A stretch of 64,000 bases of DNA from Candidatus Omnitrophota bacterium (lineage in GTDB: Bacteria; Omnitrophota; Gorgyraeia; 2-01-FULL-45-10), in the NCBI GenBank assembly GCA_903843285.1, contig CAIMPC010000068.1:1200-65199 (forward strand). Direction: 5' to 3'. This document shows positions 37,788 through 47,973 of this stretch, piece by piece; positions within the stretch are counted from its first letter, which is position 1; every line of letters begins with the position of its first letter. The position numbers and the translations under genes are program-made. The notes below the pieces were generated by a model. It worked only from the letters and a program-made list of their open reading frames with translations, had not been told where the DNA came from and did not search any database.

Positions 37788-38375
37788 ATGGAGCATTTAA
37801 AACTGTTTATCAAGAGGCTGTCGTGCATTATAAAAGGTATCACTGACGCCGGTAAAGGCGCATTTGTCTCTCCGGAGGCGGAGGTGAAGTTCCCGCGGCG
37901 CGTGCATCTGGGTGAGGATTCGATCCTGGAGAGCCGCTCACGCCTGATAGCCAACGGTGAAACCGCTTCGATAAAAGTCGGCCGTTATACGACGATCTAT
38001 CCTTACGCGTTACTTAAGGCCAACGGCGGCAAGATCGAGATAGGGACTGCATCGGCGATCCATGATTATTCGGTGCTATACGGAAATTTCGGCATATCTA
38101 TAGGTGACGATGTCCACATCGCCGCCCATGTTGTCATGGTGGCCTTCGAACACGATTACGAAAAGCTCGGCTCAATAGATTTTAGCCTTCACATGACCGG
38201 CCGCGGCATCAAAATCGGAAACAGTGTATGGATTGGAGCAAACGTAGTTATACTGGACGGACTTACGATAGGTGACGGCTCCGTCATAGGCGCCGGAGCC
38301 GTTGTGACGGAGGACATCCCGCCTAATTCGATAGCTTATGGTGTACCTGCGAAAGTCGTAAAGAAGAGGAAATAA
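37788..38375 (+). CDS. Hexapeptide-repeat O-acyltransferase
   Basis: VWIGANVVILDG.TIG.GSVIGAGAVV...GVPAK. Confidence 0.9.
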   Translation: MEHLKLFIKRLSCIIKGITDAGKGAFVSPEAEVKFPRRVHLGEDSILESRSRLIANGETASIKVGRYTTIYPYALLKANGGKIEIGTASAIHDYSVLYGNFGISIGDDVHIAAHVVMVAFEHDYEKLGSIDFSLHMTGRGIKIGNSVWIGANVVILDGLTIGDGSVIGAGAVVTEDIPPNSIAYGVPAKVVKKRK

Positions 38376-38376
38376 T

Positions 38377-39441
38377 GTGAGGGTGCTATTAGCCGCGCCG
38401 GAAGACAGTACTGTCTTAGGGACGGTCGGAGGTTATTGCCGGTCGGCCCTTGAGTCGCTGGGCCACGAGGTCCGCATTTTCGATTTCCGTAAAAAGCCTT
38501 TCTTTCGCGGCGCTTTCGCCTCGCGGATAAAATCGGCAGTTCGGGCCATAGTGCCGCGGTATATATCGCCCTACCAGGCTCCGGTGATCAGGGCCGCTGT
38601 GGACAGAAAGGTGAATGACGAAATCCTTAAAATAGCCAAAGAGTTCAAACCCGAATTATTCCTGGTGCTTCTGGGCGAGAACATATCTGCTAAAACCGTT
38701 GAATCCATAAAGGGCTTGGGAGCTGTTACGGCAAACTGGCTCCTGGATTCGATCATACTGCCGCACAGGCTGGAATTTATGCGGGCATCGGCCCCTGCAT
38801 ATGACCATATATTTCTGATCGACTCGCCGGACGTCTTAGATAAGATAGATTTTAAGGCCGCTCACGTTGACAGCATACCGCTCGGATGCGATCCGGAGGT
38901 GCATAATAAGATAGAGCTGTCTAAGTCCGAGATTGCCAAATACGGTAGTGACATCGCGTTCGTCGGCTCCGTATCACCGGAACGCCAGAAGGTGCTCGAC
39001 GAGTTGAGCGATTTTGATATAAAGATCTGGGGTCGGTGGCAGGCCGAGAGCGATAAACTGAAAGGTCGTTACATGGCCAGGGATATTTACGGGCCTGACA
39101 CGACAAAGATATATAATGCCTCGAAGATAGTGATCGACATACACGGCCGGTTCGGATCACCCGATGGCATATTTAATGTTACTCCGAGGGTGTTCGAGGT
39201 TCCGGCGAGCGGCACGCTACTGATGACCAACGATATTCCCCAGGTACATTCATTGTATAAGACGCCCGATGAGATGGTGGTATATAGCGACGTCGCAGGC
39301 CTTAGGGAGCGTATAACTTACTTTCTTGCCCACGAGCCCGAGAGAAGATCGATCGCCGAGAGAGGCTATAAAAGAGCACATCGCGATCATACATACGCCC
39401 GGAGGCTTACCAGACTAATAGAGATCGTTCGGAGAAAATGA
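38377..39441 (+). CDS. CgeB-family glycosyltransferase
   Basis: PLGCDP..H, DIAFVGS, RVFEVPASG, HTYARR. Confidence 0.85.
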   Translation: MRVLLAAPEDSTVLGTVGGYCRSALESLGHEVRIFDFRKKPFFRGAFASRIKSAVRAIVPRYISPYQAPVIRAAVDRKVNDEILKIAKEFKPELFLVLLGENISAKTVESIKGLGAVTANWLLDSIILPHRLEFMRASAPAYDHIFLIDSPDVLDKIDFKAAHVDSIPLGCDPEVHNKIELSKSEIAKYGSDIAFVGSVSPERQKVLDELSDFDIKIWGRWQAESDKLKGRYMARDIYGPDTTKIYNASKIVIDIHGRFGSPDGIFNVTPRVFEVPASGTLLMTNDIPQVHSLYKTPDEMVVYSDVAGLRERITYFLAHEPERRSIAERGYKRAHRDHTYARRLTRLIEIVRRK

Positions 39442-40586
39442 TGGCTCGGAATAAGATACTATATATCCATGAGACATCCCGGTTTAGCGGCGGCGAGAAC
39501 AGTCTTCTGAATCTCGCGCTGAATCTCGATAAGGAGGCCTTCGAACCTGTATTTGCATGCCCGCCAGGCGGGCCGTTTGTCGAGATCCTGCTTAAGAGCG
39601 GCATAAAGGTCTATCCGGTCGGTTTTCCGGCGGTGCGAAAGCTTACAGGCGTCTTAGGCGCTGTAGTAAGGGTGCGTAAGATCATCCGGGATGAGCATAT
39701 TTCGCTGGTCCATTCGAACAGCATCCGGACGCATATGTATGCATGGCTTGCCGGACGCGCTGAAAAGGTACCGGTAATATGGCACGAGAGAAACCTGATC
39801 GAAAGAGAGATTATAGATCCCGACAGGGCGCTGTCATTTCTACCCGATGCCATAATCTGCAACTCCCGCGCCATAGCCGAACGGTTTATAAATAAAGGCT
39901 CCCTGCCGGAAAAGGTACGAGTTATTCATAACGGCGTCGATATCCAGAAATTCAGTCCCGCGGCAAGCGGCAATAATATGAGAAAAGCATTTGGCATAGG
40001 CAGTGACGAGATAGTCATAGGCATTGCCTCGAGATTCAATAAGGGCAAGGGGCATGAAATATTTCTGGCCTCTGCGGCCAGACTTCTAAAAGATGTGCCC
40101 GACGGTAGGCGTAAGTTAAGATTTTTAATCGCCGGAGGCGCGGTCTTCGAAGAGGATAAGGACCGTGAAAAGTACGTTAAATCCCTCGCCGGGGAATATG
40201 GCATATCCGATAGAGTTATATTCACAGGCATTATAAAAGATATGCCGGATATATATGCGGCGATCGATATATTTGTGCTGGCGTCACTTGCCGAGCCATG
40301 CGGGAGAGTGGTCTCTGAAGCAATGGCTTGCGGTAAGCCGGTTATCGGGACCGACTCCGGAGGAACTCCCGAGATGATAACAGACGGCGTGACCGGACTA
40401 TTGGTTATGCCGGGGAATGCCGATGCGATCGCGGATGCGCTGGCGATATTAATAGGGGATAAAGATAAGAGGCTCGAGATGGGGCGCTCATCCAGACAAA
40501 AGGCCGAAAAGGATTTTGACATCAGCCTTCACGCGAAAGAGACCGGGCAACTGTACCTCGATATGATAGATAAGGCGAAAAGGTAA
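39438..40586 (+). CDS. GT4 glycosyltransferase
   Basis: SGGE, HNGVD, KGH, EPCGRVVSEAMACG. Confidence 0.92.
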   Translation: MMARNKILYIHETSRFSGGENSLLNLALNLDKEAFEPVFACPPGGPFVEILLKSGIKVYPVGFPAVRKLTGVLGAVVRVRKIIRDEHISLVHSNSIRTHMYAWLAGRAEKVPVIWHERNLIEREIIDPDRALSFLPDAIICNSRAIAERFINKGSLPEKVRVIHNGVDIQKFSPAASGNNMRKAFGIGSDEIVIGIASRFNKGKGHEIFLASAARLLKDVPDGRRKLRFLIAGGAVFEEDKDREKYVKSLAGEYGISDRVIFTGIIKDMPDIYAAIDIFVLASLAEPCGRVVSEAMACGKPVIGTDSGGTPEMITDGVTGLLVMPGNADAIADALAILIGDKDKRLEMGRSSRQKAEKDFDISLHAKETGQLYLDMIDKAKR

Positions 40587-41380
40587 TGGCGCCGGATGAT
40601 GATTTAAGACAAAGGATACTGGAGGGTAATATAAAACTGCACCGAGTCGAGGCGCCGCATTATGACGTGCTCCACCCGGAAGAGTTCAACTGGTTTGAAC
40701 AGCATCGCTTGCGACGGGACATAGCGCGAATAGCGGCGCAATTACCGGCTAATGCCTTAGCGCTCGATATCGGATGCGGCACAGGTAATATATTATTGAA
40801 ATTGATAGCTCTTGGCATCAATGTTAGCGGAGTAGATATATCGGAAGATATGGTGAGATTGTTAAAGAGCAGGATACCGACGCATTCGGAGGGTAAGGTT
40901 AATTTGACGGTGCAGAATGTGGAAGATTTTCTCGTTGGTTGTGCCAAGGAATACGATCTGGTGACGGCGAGTTCTGTTCTGCATCATATGCCTGACTACA
41001 TCTCAACGCTTCGATCGGCCATAGGCAGGATCAAGCCCGGCGGGTGGTTATACATAGTCCATGAGCCGACCAAGAATGCGCTCGGACCGGATACATTTCC
41101 ACGGAAGATATTATGGCAGATGGATAACCTGGCCTACAATTTATTACATGCTCGATCGATTCCACAGACGGAAGCCAGGGACTACAGGATGTCGGACTAC
41201 CAGTTATATCATGGATTTGATGAAGATAAAGTGGCCCGGGAGTGCCGCGGCTTGGGCCTGGATGTGGTCAGCTTTGTCAGATACTCGAGTACGATGCGTA
41301 CGGGGCTTTCATGCTGGATAGATTCGTCCGTATTGGGCAGTAGAAGGCATTTCAGCCTGATCGCCCACAAAAAAAGATAA
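40586..41380 (+). CDS. Class I SAM-dependent methyltransferase
   Basis: LDIGCGTG, GVDIS, SVLHH, KPGG. Confidence 0.9.
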   Translation: MAPDDDLRQRILEGNIKLHRVEAPHYDVLHPEEFNWFEQHRLRRDIARIAAQLPANALALDIGCGTGNILLKLIALGINVSGVDISEDMVRLLKSRIPTHSEGKVNLTVQNVEDFLVGCAKEYDLVTASSVLHHMPDYISTLRSAIGRIKPGGWLYIVHEPTKNALGPDTFPRKILWQMDNLAYNLLHARSIPQTEARDYRMSDYQLYHGFDEDKVARECRGLGLDVVSFVRYSSTMRTGLSCWIDSSVLGSRRHFSLIAHKKR

Positions 41381-41388
41381 ATCTATAA

Positions 41389-42168
41389 ATGATAAACAAG
41401 ATAAAAGTATCGGTGATAATAGTTACGTTCAATGAGGAGAAGCGCATCCGCAGATGCCTCGAATCTGTCAGGTGGGCGGATGAAGTAGTGATCGTCGACC
41501 AGTCATCGACCGATAATACGGCCGCCATCTGCAGAGAGTATACCCGGAAAGTATCCGTGGTATCCAATAAAGGTTACTGCGAGCCGGACAGGCCCCTTGC
41601 CCTGTCAAAGGCCTCGAACGAATGGATACTATATCTCGACGCGGACGAATCGATAACGGATGGGTTGCGGCAGGAGATAGAGGAGACGCTCGGCTATGTC
41701 GCGAAGTTCGACAGCTATTACATTCCGAGGAAGAATATGTATCTCGGCAAATGGGTCAGGTATTCCGGGTGGTACCCGAATTACATCATGAGGTTATTCC
41801 GAAAAGATAAGGTAACATTCTCCGACAGGATCCATACCGATGTGACGCCGATCGGAACGTCGGGGCATCTTAAGAACGCGATAGAGCATTATACCTATGA
41901 GAGCATCGAGGAGCACGTTTCGAAGATGATCCGTTATACGAACGTCCTGGCCCGGCAGTCGTTCGAAAGGAAAGAGCGGATAACGGCGAGAAATTTCTTC
42001 TGGAAGCTTGCATTATTGCCACTGGGATATTCGCTGAAAAAGTATATATTTAAGCAGGGTTACCGCGACGGAGTTCGCGGGTTTTTGATCGCGGCATTCA
42101 CGTTCATGACTGTATTTGCCGCAAATGCAAAGCTGTGGGAGATGGCGAGGACCGGGAGAAGTAAATGA
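41389..42168 (+). CDS. GT2 glycosyltransferase (WaaE/KdtX-like)
   Basis: TFNEE, CLESV, STDNT, LDADE, GYRDG. Confidence 0.9.
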   Translation: MINKIKVSVIIVTFNEEKRIRRCLESVRWADEVVIVDQSSTDNTAAICREYTRKVSVVSNKGYCEPDRPLALSKASNEWILYLDADESITDGLRQEIEETLGYVAKFDSYYIPRKNMYLGKWVRYSGWYPNYIMRLFRKDKVTFSDRIHTDVTPIGTSGHLKNAIEHYTYESIEEHVSKMIRYTNVLARQSFERKERITARNFFWKLALLPLGYSLKKYIFKQGYRDGVRGFLIAAFTFMTVFAANAKLWEMARTGRSK

Positions 42169-42857
42169 GTTTAAAAAAGACCATAGAGCGAGTGATGGGA
42201 CTTACCGATATTTTAGGTAATTTTGTCTATCTGGTGCTCTACAAGATGATTAATAGAATCGAGAGCACGACAGGCTATAGCGATCTGGCCTGCCTCTTTC
42301 TTTTAGCAAGAGATGGCAAGGGTGAGGGCGCTATCGTGGAGATAGGCTCATATAAGGGCAAGTCTGCTGTCGTGATGGCCCTTGGCAGTAAAGCCGGCCG
42401 GCGCGAGGCCGTTAACAGCGTTGATCCGCATCTCGAAGGCACGAAGGATATATTCATGAAGAACGTGAAGGCCTTCGGAGTAGAGGATTATGTGAAAGCT
42501 ATAGTGGCCACCAGCTTCGCCGGCCGCAAACTCTTTGACTCCAAGATAAGATTATTATTCATAGACGGTTGCCATGAGTATGAATTTATTAAGAATGATA
42601 TACTTTTATGGAAGGATCTGATGATAGACGGCGGCGTTATAGTGTTTCATGATATTAACTGGAAGACGGTGGCGCGCGCAATCGATGAACTGATAAAGCC
42701 ATCCGGCGATTTTATCATAGAAGGCACAACCGGATGCAGTCTCATAGTCTCCAAAAAATTCACCGCCAATAAAAAGATTTTCGACGAGATAGAGCTATTT
42801 AATAAGATAAAGGATTTTATAAGGCCCTGGAGAAATCCGGCGCCGATAGTCATATGA
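42165..42857 (+). CDS. Class I SAM-dependent methyltransferase (Methyltransf_24-like)
   Basis: VEIGSYKGKS, FIDGCHEY, GGVIVFHD. Confidence 0.88.
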   Translation: MSLKKTIERVMGLTDILGNFVYLVLYKMINRIESTTGYSDLACLFLLARDGKGEGAIVEIGSYKGKSAVVMALGSKAGRREAVNSVDPHLEGTKDIFMKNVKAFGVEDYVKAIVATSFAGRKLFDSKIRLLFIDGCHEYEFIKNDILLWKDLMIDGGVIVFHDINWKTVARAIDELIKPSGDFIIEGTTGCSLIVSKKFTANKKIFDEIELFNKIKDFIRPWRNPAPIVI

Positions 42858-45013
42858 CGAAGATCATAAAGGATAAGATCCGCATACTTCATTTCATACA
42901 CGCTTCCGGTGTCACCGGCCCCGGACGCATAGTATACGGGCTTGTCGACAAACTCGATAAGGGCGAATTCGCCTGCGACGTAGTTTGTCCGGCGGCAGGA
43001 CCGCTTACTGACGATCTCAGGAGGATAAGTGCGCACATAATTCCGTTCGATCCGAAGGATCTGAAGAGGCCATCGCGCCTGGCCGGGCTGGGTCGAGTAA
43101 TAAGCTCGGGAAAGTATCATATACTCCATATTCATTCGGGCCAGTTCAGCGCGTTCTGGAAGATCTTCGGCAGGCTTCTCGGTATACCGGTGATAATCTA
43201 TACCGAGCATGTCGAAGGGTCGGACCATTCGTGGATCAAGTCTCGCATAAAGCTGGCACTGCATCTTTTGACCCATCCCATCTTGAACATGGCTGTCGAT
43301 CAGGTGATAGCTGTTTCGGAAGAGACTCGCAGGTTATTTATAAAAAGGCAGGGTTTATCGGCCGATAAGGTCACAGCGATACATAACGGTGTATATACGG
43401 ATAGGCTGAGGGATTGCCGGGCAGATTGTCATACGATAAGAGAGAGATTGGCGGTGCCGGAGGGTGCTTTACTGGTTGGTGTGTTCGCAAGGCTATCGCC
43501 GGAGAAGGGGCACAGGTTCCTCATAAATGCCGCCGCCGAGATATTGAAGATCCGGCAGGACGTCAGGTTTATTATTGTCGGCGAAGGGCCTGCCAGGAAG
43601 GAGATCGAGGACCTAATAGAATCAAAAGGCTTAAAAGAGTATTTCAGGGTAGTCGGATTCAGGGATGATGCATACGATATCATGAGTTATATGGACATAA
43701 TAGTCCAACCGTCGATAAAGAAGAGCGAATCGTTCGGGCTGACGGTTGTGGAGGCCATGGCAAAGTCCAGGCCTGTGATAGCATCCGATATAGCCTGCTT
43801 TAAGGAGATAGTCGATGACGGCCTAGACGGCCTTCTATTCACAATGGCCGATGCAGGGGCCCTTAGAGATAAACTCACCATATTGCTGGACGATCGCGCA
43901 CTGAGGCAGAGGATATCTCTGGCTGCCCAAAGGAAAGCCATTGAGAAGTTCGATATCGCACTCACTGCCAGGAGAACGGGCGAGCTTTATAAAAGGGTGC
44001 TCGCATCCAAAGGTTACATGATAGAGAAGGACGTGATAGTGAAGACGGTCGGCGCCTTTATAAGTGAGACCTCAAGCCGTAAGCATCCGGATCCCGGGAG
44101 GGCATCGACCTACGATCAGGCTCTCAGACAATTTATTGATATCTCTTCGAAAGGCATTCTCGATGAGAAGGAGGCTGTACAATATCTCGATCGGGCGGAT
44201 AACCTGATCGTAGAGAATTTTATAAATTATATCGATCGCACCAAGTGTATGAAGGACCTCACCTTTTTATCCAATGTCGCGCTATTTCGTAGCGTCTTAA
44301 AACGAAAACCGATCACATCCAAAGATTACGATGAACGCATAATGGCGCAATCTCTCGAATTCCAGATAGATAATTACTATGAACCGAAAGATAAGGCCCT
44401 GAAGGCGAGGGTGGACATAGTTCTATCGCATCTTCAACCCGTTCCTGGGGAGAAGATCCTCGATGTAGGATGCGGTGTCGGGACATTCGCGTATCACGCG
44501 GCGAAGGCCGGGGCCGCGGCATACGGTGCGGACTATTCCGATGCATCGATCGACACGGCAAAAAAACTCGCCGATAAGTTTGGAATCCTCGACAAAATAC
44601 AATATAAGTGCTGTGATGTCTGTCGTCAGCTTCCGTACCCGAATAGCTTATTTGATAAGATCACCGCCGCCGACTTCATCGAACATATAACTACTTCACA
44701 GAAAGAGGAACTGCTTTCCGAGATGGTTCGGGTACTTAAGCCGGATGGTGAGATTATAATATTCACGCCGAACCTGATACGCGAGAATATCGGCGCGTTT
44801 AAGTCCGCGTTATTTAAGGCTATCGGGGCGCATCGAGACCAGACGCGCTTGCATTACGGCCTGACGGACAGGTTCACGTTCGAAAGGATGCTGAAGAAGA
44901 AGGGCCTTAAATTCAAACGCTTCTTCTATGACGTCGAGAGGCCGTGCCTGGCAGGGATACCGATGTTGAATGAATTACTGAGTCTCGACATATTGTGGGT
45001 GATCAGGAAATGA
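42854..45013 (+). CDS. GT4 glycosyltransferase fused to a C-terminal SAM methyltransferase
   Basis: EKGH, ESFGLTVVEAMA; then ILDVGCGVG, FIEHI, RVLKPDG, TPN. Confidence 0.88.
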   Translation: MTKIIKDKIRILHFIHASGVTGPGRIVYGLVDKLDKGEFACDVVCPAAGPLTDDLRRISAHIIPFDPKDLKRPSRLAGLGRVISSGKYHILHIHSGQFSAFWKIFGRLLGIPVIIYTEHVEGSDHSWIKSRIKLALHLLTHPILNMAVDQVIAVSEETRRLFIKRQGLSADKVTAIHNGVYTDRLRDCRADCHTIRERLAVPEGALLVGVFARLSPEKGHRFLINAAAEILKIRQDVRFIIVGEGPARKEIEDLIESKGLKEYFRVVGFRDDAYDIMSYMDIIVQPSIKKSESFGLTVVEAMAKSRPVIASDIACFKEIVDDGLDGLLFTMADAGALRDKLTILLDDRALRQRISLAAQRKAIEKFDIALTARRTGELYKRVLASKGYMIEKDVIVKTVGAFISETSSRKHPDPGRASTYDQALRQFIDISSKGILDEKEAVQYLDRADNLIVENFINYIDRTKCMKDLTFLSNVALFRSVLKRKPITSKDYDERIMAQSLEFQIDNYYEPKDKALKARVDIVLSHLQPVPGEKILDVGCGVGTFAYHAAKAGAAAYGADYSDASIDTAKKLADKFGILDKIQYKCCDVCRQLPYPNSLFDKITAADFIEHITTSQKEELLSEMVRVLKPDGEIIIFTPNLIRENIGAFKSALFKAIGAHRDQTRLHYGLTDRFTFERMLKKKGLKFKRFFYDVERPCLAGIPMLNELLSLDILWVIRK

Positions 45014-45017
45014 ATTT

Positions 45018-45776
45018 ATGAATAACATATTTTCGCGAACTTACAGGTCTTTAAGGAATGAGGGGATGAAAGCCTCTCTCCGTAAGGCCGTGTGGTGGGT
45101 GGGTGAATTTTGCCGTGTATTTTACGCCACTTTAACTATTAGATCGAAGGTCAGAGGCCTGAAGCGGGATGCGCTCATAGATTTCGTCTTTACAAAATAC
45201 GATAGGGTCATTAAGCCGATCCAGCTGAAGAGTGAGATAGCCGGCCTTATGGATATAGTTAAAGAGGCTGGGCCCGAAACGATAATTGAGATAGGTACGG
45301 CATCGGGTGGGACATTGGCTCTCTTATGTCATTCTTCTTCAGAGAATGCCATAGCGATCAGCATAGATCTTCCTTATGGCAGAGGAGGCGGAGGATACCC
45401 TGCCTGGAGAAGGCCGCTATACAGGGCATGTGCAAGGCCCGGTCAGCGGTTACATCTTATAAGAAAGAGTTCGCATGAGAATAAAACACTTAAAAAAGTA
45501 AAAAAGATATTAAAAGGCGCCCCGGTAGATTTTTTATTCATAGATGGTGACCACGCATATGAGGGCGTGAAGAGAGATTTTGAAATGTATTCCCCGCTTG
45601 TATCAAGTGGCGGCATCATCGCTCTGCATGATATAGCGAAGCACCCCCCGGATACCATGTGCAATGTATATAAATTCTGGGAAGAGATCAAATCTAGCTA
45701 TAAGAATGTCGAGATCATCGCCGATAAAGATCAGTCAGGTTTCGGCATAGGAGTACTATATGTTGGTCATCAGTAG
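45018..45776 (+). CDS. Class I SAM-dependent methyltransferase (Methyltransf_24-like)
   Basis: IEIGTASGGT, FIDGDHAYEGV, GGIIALHD. Confidence 0.88.
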   Translation: MNNIFSRTYRSLRNEGMKASLRKAVWWVGEFCRVFYATLTIRSKVRGLKRDALIDFVFTKYDRVIKPIQLKSEIAGLMDIVKEAGPETIIEIGTASGGTLALLCHSSSENAIAISIDLPYGRGGGGYPAWRRPLYRACARPGQRLHLIRKSSHENKTLKKVKKILKGAPVDFLFIDGDHAYEGVKRDFEMYSPLVSSGGIIALHDIAKHPPDTMCNVYKFWEEIKSSYKNVEIIADKDQSGFGIGVLYVGHQ

Positions 45777-47973
45777 AGTCGCCGGCATAAAGGAAGGGCT
45801 AAAGAAAATATATTTGGCCGCCAGAGTCCTGGCGCTAAAGGCGCTCGTCCGGAGGGCTCGCCCCGCCATTACCGACGCCGACCTCATACGCTCGATACTC
45901 GTTATAAGGATCGACCGCATAGGAGATGTCGTCCTGTCACTGCCTGCGATCAGGGCATTGAAGGAAATATTCCCGAATGCCAAGATCTCGTTATTGGCCC
46001 GGCAGTTAAATGCGCCGCTCGTCGAGAACTCGCCCTATATAGCAGAGGTAATATATTATGATGGCCTGAGCAGGACTCTTAGCAAGCTTCGTAATCTAAA
46101 ATTTGATATAGCCGTGGACCTTCTCATGGATTATTCTTTGAATACGGCGATAATCGCAGCGGGAAGCAATGCGTCCGTACGTGCAGGATTCGATATAGCA
46201 TCGCGTGGAAGATTCTTCGATATAACTGTGAAACCCGATGAGCGTAAAAAGCGCATGTGTGAGCATACTCTCGACCTGGTGCGGCAAATAGGAAGAGTAT
46301 ATGAGGTCGAGCACCGTTCCGACTGGAGCGCTGTGCCGTGCCTTAATCTATCAATCGGTTCTATCGAACGTGCGTGGAAGATCCTGGAGGAGAATGGGAT
46401 AAGCAGAAATAATAGGATAGTCATCATCCATCCAGGCGCGCATTTCCCGAGCCAGCGCTGGATGCCGGAGGCGTTTGCTGAGCTTGTCGACAGAGTGACC
46501 GACCGTTATAATGTGAGCATAGTTATTCTGGGAGGGCCTTCCGAAGAGAAGCTGGTCGGGGAGATAGTCTCTCTGACTAAGAAAAAGCCATTGTCCGTAG
46601 TGTGCCCCGGCCTGGATGTATTGGCTGGAATAATAGCGGCATCGAAATTACTGATATGCAATAACTCAGGCCCTCTTCATATAGCCGAGGCACTCGGCAT
46701 ACCCACGGTCTCCACGATGGGGCCTACCGTTCCGTATCTTTGGAGACCGGTAGGGCCGGCTCATATAGTTGTCACCAGTAATGAACCCTGCAGTCCCTGC
46801 GGCGCCGGATCCTGCCGGAGCCACGAATGTATGAAGCATATATCGGTCGATAGGATGGAGGAGGCCGTCCGGAGTCAGCTTGAGAATATCGAAAGGAGCC
46901 GAACCACTGCGAATGTCAGCGTCCCGGGCAGATTTGAAGCCGATAAGGTGCTCGTGATAAATCTCGGCGGCATAGGGGATCTGCTTCTGTCGACCCCGGC
47001 CCTGCGGGCGCTAAGAAATACTTATCCGAGAGCCCGCATATATTTTCTGGGATCCCCCGGCGCAAGTGAGCTTGCAAAAAACCTGCCATATATCGATGAG
47101 ACATTGAATTTAGATTTGGGGCTTACGCCAAATGCCTTATACCGCAGTATGAAGTCGATTCTATACTTAAGGCGAGCCGGCATCGACCTTGCAATCAATA
47201 TGCGCACGCTCGTCCGGCGTACCGGCGCATTAAAGATCAGGCTTCTTATGGATCTGATAGGCGCCAAGATCACTGCCGGCAGAGATACGGAGCTCATGGG
47301 AAGTTTTTTTAACGTGAGCATTCCGGAGTCGCGATTGGGCGATAAATACGAGATGGAATATGACCTGGATATGGTAAGAGTTTTGGGCGCCGACGTGATC
47401 GATAAGCAGCCGGATCTTCCGATAGAAGAGTCATGCGTTAACAATGCAGCTCTTCTGCTTAAAAGTAACGGTATCTCAGGTGGAGATATTCTGATAGGCA
47501 TACACCCCGGCGGTAAACCTTCTCACAGATGGCCGCCGGACAAATATGCCGAAGTTATAAATAAGCTTGCGGGAACTGTAAAGGCCAAATTTGTTATCAC
47601 AGGCGATAAAGCTGATGCGCCGCTGGCCGCGGCGATAAGGAGATCAACATTTGCCGATATTATTAATACCGCAGGAATATTAAGCATCGGAGACCTGGGC
47701 GCCATTATTAAACGCTGTAACCTATATATATGTAATGATACTGCGGCGATGCATATGGCCGCGATACTTAAGACGCCGCTTGTGGCGATATTTGGCCCGG
47801 GGTATCTGAAGCGATTCGATCCGCGCAATATATCGCCCGATGCTGTAGTCATATTCAAAAACGCTGAGTGCTCTCCGTGCGATAGACATGCGTGTCGTGA
47901 TGCCGGGTGTTTGAAGTCGATAGGCTCGGAGGAAGTTATAGATGCCTCGCTAAAACTCCTTAAGGCAAAATGA
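45760..47973 (+). CDS. Tandem double GT9 (heptosyltransferase-like) protein
   Basis: Two copies of IGD..L..P..RAL, HPG...RW, and CNN/DSGPLHIA-type motifs, each with a Cys-rich tail. Confidence 0.88.
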   Translation: MLVISRVAGIKEGLKKIYLAARVLALKALVRRARPAITDADLIRSILVIRIDRIGDVVLSLPAIRALKEIFPNAKISLLARQLNAPLVENSPYIAEVIYYDGLSRTLSKLRNLKFDIAVDLLMDYSLNTAIIAAGSNASVRAGFDIASRGRFFDITVKPDERKKRMCEHTLDLVRQIGRVYEVEHRSDWSAVPCLNLSIGSIERAWKILEENGISRNNRIVIIHPGAHFPSQRWMPEAFAELVDRVTDRYNVSIVILGGPSEEKLVGEIVSLTKKKPLSVVCPGLDVLAGIIAASKLLICNNSGPLHIAEALGIPTVSTMGPTVPYLWRPVGPAHIVVTSNEPCSPCGAGSCRSHECMKHISVDRMEEAVRSQLENIERSRTTANVSVPGRFEADKVLVINLGGIGDLLLSTPALRALRNTYPRARIYFLGSPGASELAKNLPYIDETLNLDLGLTPNALYRSMKSILYLRRAGIDLAINMRTLVRRTGALKIRLLMDLIGAKITAGRDTELMGSFFNVSIPESRLGDKYEMEYDLDMVRVLGADVIDKQPDLPIEESCVNNAALLLKSNGISGGDILIGIHPGGKPSHRWPPDKYAEVINKLAGTVKAKFVITGDKADAPLAAAIRRSTFADIINTAGILSIGDLGAIIKRCNLYICNDTAAMHMAAILKTPLVAIFGPGYLKRFDPRNISPDAVVIFKNAECSPCDRHACRDAGCLKSIGSEEVIDASLKLLKAK

